From an uncultured Rivularia sp. (GTDB lineage Bacteria; Cyanobacteriota; Cyanobacteriia; Cyanobacteriales; Nostocaceae), in the NCBI GenBank assembly GCA_963665115.1, contig OY762007.1, positions 7,488,001 to 7,552,000 of the forward strand: 64,000 nt of DNA, given 5' to 3'. The notes under the pieces are model-generated. The model ran no database searches and was not told where the DNA came from. It saw only the letters and a list, made by a program, of their open reading frames with translations. Positions within the stretch are counted from its first letter, which is position 1. The number at the start of each line of letters is the position of its first letter. Positions 1-9,038 of the stretch are shown piece by piece. The position numbers and the translations under genes are program-made.

Positions 1-500
1 CTCCACTTATTAGAAGAACATTCTATAAATCTGTTCCGAATTTTTTGCTCTGGTGAAATAAATACAAAGCTTTCAAAACGTGGTGCATTAGCCCAAGGTA
101 AAATAGACCAATCATAATTCTTTGCAAACCAATCAAAAATGATATCTATTTTTTCTATAGATATTTGGCTAAATTGACCACCTATTGTTTCTAATAAACC
201 AGGAAAATCATAAATATTTATCTTCCTTAAACCTCAACCATGAATATACCAATTTTGCTTATGATGAATATACCAAAGTTTGTCATAATATCGACCATAA
301 GGCTCTAATAGAGAATTAGTAGGTGTAACATTATGTTTTTTATCATTAATTGAAATACAAGTGTGTGTTTTACGATTCTTAAGCCAAGATTTCAGTTTTT
401 CTTGAAATAAATAATGATAATTGACAAAAAAAGCTAAATAATACATTGAATTAACTTTTAGCTTTTGGACATATGATAGCGAACATCTTCATTTTTTCAT
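1..500 (-). pseudogene. Hypothetical protein, probable pseudogene, running off the window start
   Basis: One reading frame from ATG at 500 stays open to position 1 except for two in-frame TGA codons (codon 4, and 236-234). After the second stop it reads GLRKINIYDFPGLLETIGGQFSQ... Confidence 0.4.
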
Positions 501-660
501 GTATACTGACTTATTTATCTATAATTGACTTTAAATATCAAGATAAATAAGTATAAGTTTCTAATTATTTTTGATAAAGCACCGTATTTATGATTGTACA
601 TAACGTCATTAATCAACCTACAGCCCAAAATAATATTTGCAAAATTTCATTAATACCCGA

Positions 661-873
661 TTAACTTAAAACTTCTACTTCGTGAACAATAATTTTCGGT
701 TCAGGTATTTCCAATCCATCTTCTTGCATTCCTTCTAAATGAAATTCAACAGCTTCTGAAATTAACGTTTTAACTTCTTCTACACTTTCAGCCACTGCAA
801 CACATCCAGGTAAATCAGGAACATAAGCACCATAGCTAGTTTCTGCTTTTTCAATAACCACAACATAACGCAT
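661..873 (-). CDS. hicB: HicB-family antitoxin (70 aa)
   Basis: MRYVVVIEKAETSYGAYVPDLPGCVAVAESVEE is a typical HicB N-terminus. The ATG at 873 overlaps the hicA stop (TAATG). Confidence 0.9.
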   Translation of the reverse strand: MRYVVVIEKAETSYGAYVPDLPGCVAVAESVEEVKTLISEAVEFHLEGMQEDGLEIPEPKIIVHEVEVLS

Positions 874-1065
874 TATTCTTCCTCCAATTGTGCCTGTTTC
901 CATATACTTTTAAGTGTACCGATAGGCACATCAATACTTAATTTACCGGCTACTGTAACGGTACCGGGTTTATCAAAATGTTTAAATTGTCTATGACTCC
1001 CTTTAGTTTCTAGCAAGATACCAGCCATCATTTTCTAATCGTTTGATAACTTCACTTACTTTCAT
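873..1065 (-). CDS. hicA: HicA-family mRNA interferase toxin (63 aa after removing one extra base at 1007-1009); absent from the ORF track
   Basis: Corrected translation MKVSEVIKRLENDGWYLARTKGSHRQFKHFDKPGTVTVAGKLSIDVPIGTLKSIWKQAQLEEE has the GSH motif and is translationally coupled to hicB. Confidence 0.85.
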
Positions 1066-1222
1066 ACTACTGTTCTACTGTATAGGTAAAATTTCCGTTA
1101 TAGATAGAATCGCAGGTTAATAGCTTTAAGTACAAGTGACAGTTAGATCATTTAGATCATAACGATTATGGTAGGTTAGGACATTAATTAACGTATAGCC
1201 TTAAGAATAAATCAAAGAATGC

Positions 1223-1420
1223 CTAATACACTCTACAAAATACTGAATTCACGAGTAGCGTGCCTACAATAGCGCCAACATTAATAGAGAAGGTACTTAA
1301 TAATGCTATTTTTAAAGCTTCCGTTATAGAATACCTTTTCAGCATTTGCCTTACTAGTATACTTACAAAAGAAACTGGGGAGAAAATTAGAATGAAGAAC
1401 CAACTAGATTGTGACATCAT
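1223..1420 (-). CDS. Small hydrophobic hypothetical protein
   Basis: 65 aa with two hydrophobic segments; AGGAGG-like RBS upstream on the minus strand; co-oriented with cls. Confidence 0.45.
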   Translation of the reverse strand: MMSQSSWFFILIFSPVSFVSILVRQMLKRYSITEALKIALLSTFSINVGAIVGTLLVNSVFCRVY

Positions 1421-1491
1421 CCGCCTCCTAAATACGCTTACGAAAAAATAACTCCTTCTCCAATTCCCTATGCCCTATGCCCAATCCCCTC

Positions 1492-2790
1492 TTACAATTG
1501 CCATTGAAAGAAATCAACAACATTTCCCAATATTCTATGTTTAATTAAAGAACGCTTTTTCCAATCATCATAGGTAATCTGCTTACTTTGGGCAAAACCT
1601 TTTTCAAAAGTATCTTTAATTCCCTTCACTAACTCAGGTTGTGCGCTACAAATATCTAATTCTTCGTTATGACAAAAGCTGCGAGGGTCAAAATTAGCAC
1701 TCCCCGTCGTTGCCCACAAATCGTCGATTAACAGCAATTTTGCATGAGTCATACTGGGCTGAAATTCATAAATTTCTACACCACCTTCAAGCAACTTCCC
1801 GTAATGCTCGAAGGAAGCATAGTGAACGGGCTTTTTATCGCTACGCTTACTAGTAGTAAGAATGCGAACGTCTACACCTTTTTGTTTTGCTTCTACTAAT
1901 AAATTGATCGAGTTGTCGTCAGGTAGAAAATAAGGGCTAGCCAACCAAATTCGTTTTCTGGCACAAATAATACTGTTGTATTTAAAGTTTTGAATCGGTG
2001 AAAAACGGATTCTGGGGTTTGCTCCGGGCACTACTATCATTAAATGCTTATTATCTTTATCGTCAGCGGCGGGTTGGAATTTTTCTCTAGCGAAATTTGC
2101 CGTACAGTCTGCAAAAGTCCAATGTTGCGAAAATATTCCTTCTAAAATCCGAATAATTTCCCCTTCTAGACGCATTTCTACATCTAACCAGGGCTGCGTG
2201 TCATCCTTTTTTTGCTTACCATCCCAAAGATCGGAAATACCCGCACCACCGACTAAACCAAACTTGCTATCAATCAACAATAGCTTGCGGTGAGTACGTC
2301 CAGCATAATCTAAAGGAGCTTTCCAATTAAAGGAATTGAAAAAAGATATTTTCACCCCCGTTGCTCGCAAACGCTGCCAATATTGTTTGGATATATCCTT
2401 TGTGCCATATTGATCGACAATCAAGCGTACTTCAACACCGGCTCCTGCTCTTTCGGCAAGGGCGATCGCAAAATCATCCGCTCTCTTACCAGGAGTCATA
2501 AAGAACGTTTCAAAGTCAATCGTGTGTTGTGCTTGCCCAATTGCATCCAGACGAGCTTGTTGAATGTCGGCAGCTTGATTCCAGAAATCGGTGACTACGC
2601 CAGTACTCATAAAAGAGTTAGTGGTACTAGCTAAGACAAAGGGAAATTCTGGATCGTCTGGCTTGAGCGCGTTTTTAACTCGATATTTTACGCGATCGCG
2701 AAAGGCTCCCCGGAAATAAAAACCGATCGTAACAATCAAGCTGAGTATTAATAATGCAATAAACAGCCGCAACAGAATTGATGCAATCAT
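1492..2790 (-). CDS. cls: Cardiolipin synthase / phospholipase D family protein
   Basis: Two HKD motifs (THRKLLLID, THAKLLLID), GSANFD, N-terminal TM helix. Confidence 0.85.
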   Translation of the reverse strand: MIASILLRLFIALLILSLIVTIGFYFRGAFRDRVKYRVKNALKPDDPEFPFVLASTTNSFMSTGVVTDFWNQAADIQQARLDAIGQAQHTIDFETFFMTPGKRADDFAIALAERAGAGVEVRLIVDQYGTKDISKQYWQRLRATGVKISFFNSFNWKAPLDYAGRTHRKLLLIDSKFGLVGGAGISDLWDGKQKKDDTQPWLDVEMRLEGEIIRILEGIFSQHWTFADCTANFAREKFQPAADDKDNKHLMIVVPGANPRIRFSPIQNFKYNSIICARKRIWLASPYFLPDDNSINLLVEAKQKGVDVRILTTSKRSDKKPVHYASFEHYGKLLEGGVEIYEFQPSMTHAKLLLIDDLWATTGSANFDPRSFCHNEELDICSAQPELVKGIKDTFEKGFAQSKQITYDDWKKRSLIKHRILGNVVDFFQWQL

Positions 2791-2958
2791 TGTCTATATA
2801 AAAGATTAAATATCAAATAAAATATTCGGAATTTATTTCTTGTGAAAACATTTCCGAAATACAATTTTTACTATTAAATAGTAGCTTATGTAATAAATAC
2901 ATCTAGCTACAGAAAGAAAAGTTATTTATCAAAAAGCATAAATTGCTAATTAAGGTTC

Positions 2959-3006
2959 GTAGTAAGGGCTTTAGCCCTCTCATACAAGGGCTAAAGCCCT
3001 TACTAC
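2959..3006. repeat. GTAG-capped REP-like palindrome
   Basis: gtagtaagggctttagccct...agggctaaagcccttactac, a perfect 20-bp stem. Confidence 0.75.
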
Positions 3007-3014
3007 AAACTCGA

Positions 3015-3623
3015 TCATCCAATCGGTTGCTTCCCTGGATTAACGGCATGAATAAATTCGCTACCAGATGCAGGAAATCCTCTTTTATAACAAGCTTCTT
3101 CTGGTTTTCCCCATCCCAACTGCAAGATTATTTCTAAAAAGTTAGAATTTTCCCATTTCCACAAACCAGACCATTGCATTCTTCGATCGATTCTCTTAAT
3201 ATCTTCTATCTTAATTTGTTGATACAGTTTGCCGTTACTAAGACTTAAATAAAAGTCCATTCCAACAGTTACTTTGTACCAAAATTCTAAAATTGAACTT
3301 TTGGCAGACTCTAATATTTTCAAGTCATTTTGTAGCGCAATTAACTGTCCATCAACTTCCGGATAACGTAAACTTTCACCTTTAACATTTATCTCTCGCC
3401 ACACAATACCAGAGATTTGATGCTCTCTTTGATATTCGTGAATGGCGGATTTAAAATCTTGATAGGCAGTAAACTTTTGCAAGCCTTCTGTTTTGATAAA
3501 CTGGTCAATTACAGGATTACCAGATACCTTTACCTCTAATTTCAAACGTTTTCCCGTTAGACAAGCTTGGCGCTCGTCGGTTAAAATTTGGATCAATTCC
3601 TCGGTAGTGTAAACTTCTGACAT
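3015..3623 (-). CDS. Hypothetical protein
   Basis: 202-aa ORF with normal composition; no motif recognised. Confidence 0.75.
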   Translation of the reverse strand: MSEVYTTEELIQILTDERQACLTGKRLKLEVKVSGNPVIDQFIKTEGLQKFTAYQDFKSAIHEYQREHQISGIVWREINVKGESLRYPEVDGQLIALQNDLKILESAKSSILEFWYKVTVGMDFYLSLSNGKLYQQIKIEDIKRIDRRMQWSGLWKWENSNFLEIILQLGWGKPEEACYKRGFPASGSEFIHAVNPGKQPIG

Positions 3624-3777
3624 CAGAATACACTCTAATAATAATTATGTTTATTGGTTAGCAGTAATTTACAAATGTTTTACCGCTGACCTTTAGATAT
3701 TATCCCTTCATTTTGGAGATTGCAGTATTAGATATCACTAAAAACCAAGTGCCGAACAAATTTTTCGGCACTTTAAG

Positions 3778-4371
3778 TTATTCAGATAACTCACTACTGA
3801 ATTCATTAAAGGAACGCCGCTTTAATTCTACCGACTCAGAACGCGGTAATAAATCAAACACTTCCCGGAATTTGTCATCTATTTCCTCAAAAGGTACTTG
3901 TCCTTTTTTGTTTAAAATCACATCTCCCGCCTGATTAAATACTACTACTTGAGGAACCCCACCGGAATAGTAATAATTTGGTTCTGTAGGAGAACCCTTT
4001 GCTTCGAGTGACATTCTATCTACATCAACGGCGATAATTTCTGCTACGCTACCGTAAGATGACTGGATACGGGAAATAACTACAGCATACTGTTTGCAAT
4101 CACGGCTATCATCCACATAGAAGGCTAGCATCGTGGGTTTATGTTCTCCCAGAGCTTGGGCTAAAGTCGCGTGTGCCGGAACCATCGAGCCATTGCCAGC
4201 GTAAACCATAAAAATATTGCCTTCATAACTATCGTCATTGATAGCCGCTAATGCCGGTTGCATACTCGTAAGTAATATGCAGCTAACCAGCATTAGTAAA
4301 GACAAACAACGCTGCCAACCATAAGAGAAAATATGTAAAATATGCAATTTTAATTTATTCATACCGAGCAA
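3778..4371 (-). CDS. Thioredoxin-fold thylakoid protein (photosystem I accumulation factor-like)
   Basis: Signal/TM N-terminus, DDSYEGNIFMVYAGNGSMVP motif, degenerate Trx motif (DSRDCK). Confidence 0.7.
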   Translation of the reverse strand: MLGMNKLKLHILHIFSYGWQRCLSLLMLVSCILLTSMQPALAAINDDSYEGNIFMVYAGNGSMVPAHATLAQALGEHKPTMLAFYVDDSRDCKQYAVVISRIQSSYGSVAEIIAVDVDRMSLEAKGSPTEPNYYYSGGVPQVVVFNQAGDVILNKKGQVPFEEIDDKFREVFDLLPRSESVELKRRSFNEFSSELSE

Positions 4372-4480
4372 CCTTTTAACCTAGATATTGTTTTAACTTT
4401 ATGCTGAATTCAGCTTCGACATATGGATATATAAATATTCTGAACGCAGAACGTGCAAAAGAGCAAAGGGATTTTAGATT

Positions 4481-4715
4481 GGGCATTGGGAATTGGGCAT
4501 TGGGCATGGGGCATTGGTAATTGGTAATTGCTAATTGGTAATTGATAATGGGTATTGGAGATTTGGCATTAAAAACATTTATGGAGCAAGATGCGAACAC
4601 TACTAATGGTTTTATAACTCCTAACTCTTAACTCCTCATCCCCCCATCCCCTTGTCTCCCCCTCTTTTCCCTATGCCCAATCCCCCTCTCCCAATCTCCC
4701 CATCTCCGCAATTTG
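4481..4715. repeat. STRR heptamer tracts (GGGCATT/GGTAATT/CTAACTC types). Similar tracts at about 6133-6272, 15043-15260, 21146-21350, 28960-29110, 54446-54500, 57155-57215
   Basis: Imperfect 7-mer tandem repeats in intergenic regions, typical of filamentous cyanobacteria. Confidence 0.85.
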
Positions 4716-4800
4716 TTACCTCAAAGCTGGCTTTTTCTCCGAGGATTCGCTAAACTCACGCTTATTAAATTTAAAACTTATATCTTTCTAGGGTACGTTT

Positions 4801-6132
4801 GTGGGAATTCAATTTATAGATAAACTACGGCTCGGTTTGGCTGTCTCTGTTGCAAAAAGCGTCACTTTTGGTGTCCGCACTTTTGGTTTGGGTGCTGCTT
4901 CTGTATTACCCGGTTCGATTGCGCGACGTATTGAACCCAAGCTTTTGCAATCTTTGAGTCAACAAGTTAAAAAAGGTATTATTTTAATTGCTGGTACCAA
5001 TGGTAAAACTACCACATCTTTGCTTTTACGCACGATGTTGGAGGAGCAGGGGTACCGGGTCGCTCTTAATTCTACTGGTGCTAATCTGGAAAATGGGCTG
5101 GTAACGGCTTTGATGGAAAGTGCTAATTCTGTTGGTAATCTAAATGTAGATTATGCCATTTTGGAAGTTGATGAAAATATTGTTGCGAAGGTACTGCAAC
5201 CGATTCAACCAAAAATTATTCTTTGTCTAAATCTATTTCGCGATCAACTCGATCGATACGGTGAAGTAGATTCTATTAGCAAACGGTGGACAAAAGCAAT
5301 TTCTACTCTCGCACCAGATACGGTGGTGATTCCCAACGCTGACGATCCGACTTTATCTTATTTAGGTCAAGAATTATCTCAAAAAGTTGTATTCTTTGGT
5401 TTAACCGAACCAGAAAAGTATTTAGAAGCAATTCCTCACGCAGTTGATTCGATTTATTGTCCTAGATGCGGACATTCTTTGGATTACGAAGGAGTTTATC
5501 TATCGCATTTAGGAGATTACACTTGTCCTCAATGCGGCTTTGAAAAAAGCGAACCCGCTCTTAAGAGTCGCGAATGGGAACAAGTTTTAGTAGGACTTTA
5601 TAACAAATACAATACTTTAGCTGCTGCCACTGCTGCCAAAGAATTAGGAATTGATCAAACCAACATCCGTAAAGCAATTCCGAAATTTAAACCCGCTTTT
5701 GGACGTGCCGAAGAATTAATTATAGATGGTAAAAAAGTACGTATCTTGCTATCAAAAAACCCGGTAGGAACCAACGAAACCATTCGGGTAGTTACCGAAA
5801 GCAGCAACAAAACAACTTTGCTGGTTTTGAACGATCGGGTACAGGATGGCGAAGATGTATCCTGGATTTGGGACGTTGATACCGAAGAATTAGTACAGCG
5901 CGGAGGTACTTTGATTGTTAGCGGCGATCGCGTTTACGATATGGCTTTACGTCTGCGCTACAGCCAAAAGTCCACTAATAACAATTTGAACCTGATTGTC
6001 GAAGAAGATTTACAACAAGCAATTACCACTGCCTTAGAAAATACTCCCGAAAACGAAACCTTACATATCTTACCCACATACACAGCCATGTTAGACGTGC
6101 GAGAAGCGTTGACAGGTAAAAAAATTCGATAA
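4801..6132 (+). CDS. murT: MurT-like Mur ligase (lipid II isoglutaminyl synthase subunit)
   Basis: GTNGKTTT P-loop, NLFRDQLDRYGE, CPRC/CPQC zinc finger, DGEDVSWIWD C-terminal motif; adjacent to gatD. Confidence 0.85.
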   Translation: MGIQFIDKLRLGLAVSVAKSVTFGVRTFGLGAASVLPGSIARRIEPKLLQSLSQQVKKGIILIAGTNGKTTTSLLLRTMLEEQGYRVALNSTGANLENGLVTALMESANSVGNLNVDYAILEVDENIVAKVLQPIQPKIILCLNLFRDQLDRYGEVDSISKRWTKAISTLAPDTVVIPNADDPTLSYLGQELSQKVVFFGLTEPEKYLEAIPHAVDSIYCPRCGHSLDYEGVYLSHLGDYTCPQCGFEKSEPALKSREWEQVLVGLYNKYNTLAAATAAKELGIDQTNIRKAIPKFKPAFGRAEELIIDGKKVRILLSKNPVGTNETIRVVTESSNKTTLLVLNDRVQDGEDVSWIWDVDTEELVQRGGTLIVSGDRVYDMALRLRYSQKSTNNNLNLIVEEDLQQAITTALENTPENETLHILPTYTAMLDVREALTGKKIR

Positions 6133-6283
6133 TGGGCATGGGGAATGGGGCATGGGGCATAGTTAGGAACTAGGAGTTAAGAGTTAAAATTCTACCCCCT
6201 CTACCCCCTCTACCCCCTCTACCCCCTCTCCCCCTCTCCCCATTCCCCCTCTCCCCATCCCCCATTCCCCATATTGAATTACT

Positions 6284-7105
6284 ATGAATAGCAAAAAATT
6301 TGAATTAACTATAGGCTGGCTTTACCCGACTTTAATGAGTACTTATGGAGACAGGGGTAATGTCATTGTGATCGAACGTCGCACTCAGTGGCGGGGATAT
6401 GACGTAAAAGTTGTACCTTTAGACCAAAATTCTACCGCCGATGAGATTAAATCTGTGGATGTTATCGTTGGTGGTGGGGCACAAGATAGGCAGCAGGAAA
6501 TCGTGATGCGCGATTTGCAAGGTGCAAAGGCTGATGCGATGCGCGAAAAGCTTGATAATGGTACCCCTGGCGTATTTACCTGCGGTTCCCCCCAACTATT
6601 GGGACATTATTACGAACCCGGTTTGGGACAAAGAATTGAAGGTTTGGGAATATTAGATTTAGTTTCAGTTCATCCTGGTGAAAATACCCGCCGCTGCATC
6701 GGTAATTTAGTTATAGAAGTTACCGCTTCTAAATTGGCGAAAGATTTAAAAGAAATGTTGGGTGGAGCTACACCTTATTTAGTCGGTTTTGAAAATCATG
6801 GCGGACGTACTAAATTAGGAGAAACCGAAGCTTTAGGTAAAGTAGTTTATGGCTTGGGAAATAACGGCGAAGACGGAACCGAGGGAGCTTTTCATCAAAA
6901 CGCGATCGCAACTTATTCCCACGGGCCATTATTACCGAAAAATCCCGTTGTTGCCGATTGGTTAATTCAAACTGCACTGCGAAACAAATATCAAGAACCC
7001 GTTTCTTTGACTCCCTTGGATGATACTTTAGCTATGCAAGGGCGCGAAGCTATGTTGAAGCGGTTGAATGTAGATGTTGCTGCGGGTGAGGTTGCGAAGG
7101 TTTAA
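6284..7105 (+). CDS. gatD: GatD-like (CobQ-type) glutamine amidotransferase
   Basis: YGDRGN, GGGAQDRQQ, catalytic Cys (TCGSPQ), GFENHGG, SHGPLLPKN. Confidence 0.85.
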   Translation: MNSKKFELTIGWLYPTLMSTYGDRGNVIVIERRTQWRGYDVKVVPLDQNSTADEIKSVDVIVGGGAQDRQQEIVMRDLQGAKADAMREKLDNGTPGVFTCGSPQLLGHYYEPGLGQRIEGLGILDLVSVHPGENTRRCIGNLVIEVTASKLAKDLKEMLGGATPYLVGFENHGGRTKLGETEALGKVVYGLGNNGEDGTEGAFHQNAIATYSHGPLLPKNPVVADWLIQTALRNKYQEPVSLTPLDDTLAMQGREAMLKRLNVDVAAGEVAKV

Positions 7106-7333
7106 GGCAAGTTACAAAAATAGGATTTTTACAAAGCCCCCCAAATTAGCGGGGGGTTAGGGGAATCTCGATATCTGAATGCAGAATATAATATAAAATT
7201 TGTAGAACTTTGGCTATTGCAAGCAGGTTTGTAACCCTTGCTATTTTGTATCTCAACAATTAATTCCCCGAAACATCAATATTCATCTTACGTCTGCTAA
7301 AACAGAATAGTCCTCACAACACACACAATATAA

Positions 7334-7990
7334 ATGTTACCTAAATGGTTCTTGCAGCACTGGCGGTTATTATGTGGAGTGCTGCTTTTGAGTGCTGCTG
7401 TAACGACTTTGGCACTCAATTTATACGTAAAAACTGTTACTAGCAGTCGCCGCTACAATAACCCAAATCAAATTTCTCCGCAGCGTGTTGCGATTGTCTT
7501 AGGTGCGGGAATTTACAACGATCAACCCTCGCCGATGCTTGCAGACAGAATATCTGCTGCTGTAGAACTTTATAAACTCGGACGAGTAAAAAAGCTGTTA
7601 ATGAGTGGTGACAACAGCAGTGAAGATTACGATGAAGTCACTGTAATGCAGCGTTATGCGATAAAAATGGGCGTTCCAAAAAAAGATATTACTTTAGATT
7701 ATGCCGGGTTCAAAACTTATCAAAGTTGTTATCGTGCAAATGCTATTTTTGGAGTCACGCAAGCAGTTGTTGTTACCCAAAATTTTCATTTACCCCGTGC
7801 AGTTTATCTTTGTAATCAATTAGGTGTAGATGCTGTCGGATTGGGTACTCCAGACTGGGAAAGCTATCAACGAGATACAATAATGCGTTACACCTTCAGA
7901 GAATATATTTCTACTATTAAAGCATTGTGGCAAGTTCATATAACTCGCCCCCAACCAACTTATTTAGGTCCTTTTGAAGGAATTAAATAA
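7334..7990 (+). CDS. SanA/YdcF (DUF218) family protein
   Basis: AIVLGAG, LLMSGDN, YDEVTVM, LDYAGF, TQNFHLPRA motifs; N-terminal TM helix. Confidence 0.85.
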   Translation: MLPKWFLQHWRLLCGVLLLSAAVTTLALNLYVKTVTSSRRYNNPNQISPQRVAIVLGAGIYNDQPSPMLADRISAAVELYKLGRVKKLLMSGDNSSEDYDEVTVMQRYAIKMGVPKKDITLDYAGFKTYQSCYRANAIFGVTQAVVVTQNFHLPRAVYLCNQLGVDAVGLGTPDWESYQRDTIMRYTFREYISTIKALWQVHITRPQPTYLGPFEGIK

Positions 7991-8221
7991 TTTTATCTAA
8001 TTTGATAAAAAATATTCTTTATCTGTTCCCTATTCCCCGTTCCCTTTTTCAAATTTATAATTAATTGAGCAAATTGTATTCCAAAATATCCTTTTTTTGT
8101 CGCTATCTATGGACTAAAAGGATATATTTCATAATTTATTAGTATTGTCTTTTGCTTTTTCCAGTTACTTTTGTAAACTTTTTAAGTAACACAGCAAATA
8201 CGGCTTTAGCCAATAAATTAT

Positions 8222-8521
8222 TCAGAAAGCGATACAATAAGGTGAAACAAAATATAAATCCCATAAATAACATCCACCTTTTCTTCCACTGAATTCTACT
8301 TGCCAAACACCCATCTCAGTTCTAAAATTTATCGATGCCTCACCAGCTTTTTTCTGTTTGCGTAAATAATCGCCGATAGCATATTTTGTCTGGGATTCAT
8401 CTAGAAACGGAGTTAGTCTTTCCGCTATTTCTCTTGTTAAGCATCCCGAATCTATTTGCACGCGACAACGGAAAACAAAGGGTTTGCTTTGCTTTTGGGA
8501 CGTATTATTCTTTCTCGACAT
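8222..8521 (-). CDS. Hypothetical protein
   Basis: 99-aa ATG ORF in an otherwise AT-rich gap; no motif recognised. Confidence 0.55.
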   Translation of the reverse strand: MSRKNNTSQKQSKPFVFRCRVQIDSGCLTREIAERLTPFLDESQTKYAIGDYLRKQKKAGEASINFRTEMGVWQVEFSGRKGGCYLWDLYFVSPYCIAF

Positions 8522-8840
8522 ACGTTTAACAGTTAATAATTTTCATCGGTAGGGTGTGCTTCATAGACAAGCATTATTCCCCGGAAGGTGCTATTGGTCG
8601 GTTATCAGCTTTGAATATGAAAGATAACTGTTAATTAGCTATTAATAGATACATTCAAAAATAGTATATGACCGTTAATACCGCTTCAATAAGTATTCAA
8701 TCTATTATCAGTGTTATTTATTCAAAATATCCAGTACAAAATCAGACATTTACGATTGAGTTGATTCTTTTATAACTAATCGCTACATTTTTACGTCGAT
8801 TATTTGTTATTTAACTTACTTTTAATAAAACCGCTATATA

Positions 8841-8873
8841 AGAAACCCGGCTTATCCAATAAGCCGGGTTTCT
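8841..8873. terminator. AGAAACCCGG-family palindrome, probable terminator downstream of hetF
   Basis: Perfect 15-bp stem agaaacccggcttat/ataagccgggtttct. Confidence 0.65.
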
Positions 8874-9038
8874 CAAAGAAGTAAATTGTGACAGTTCCTA
8901 AACATAATGATTTAATTTGAGTAGCTTCTCATCCGAATTTATTTTAATAAATTAATTACTGTACGCAATAAAATGATATATATTCGGACAAGAATTGACA
9001 GGTTAAAAACAAATTTGTGCGGTCGATTACCTTTGCTT

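Noticed and set aside
4376..4600. 74-aa ORF (also 55787-55855 and 34730-34951)
   Set aside because: Translations of STRR heptamer repeats or antisense shadows.
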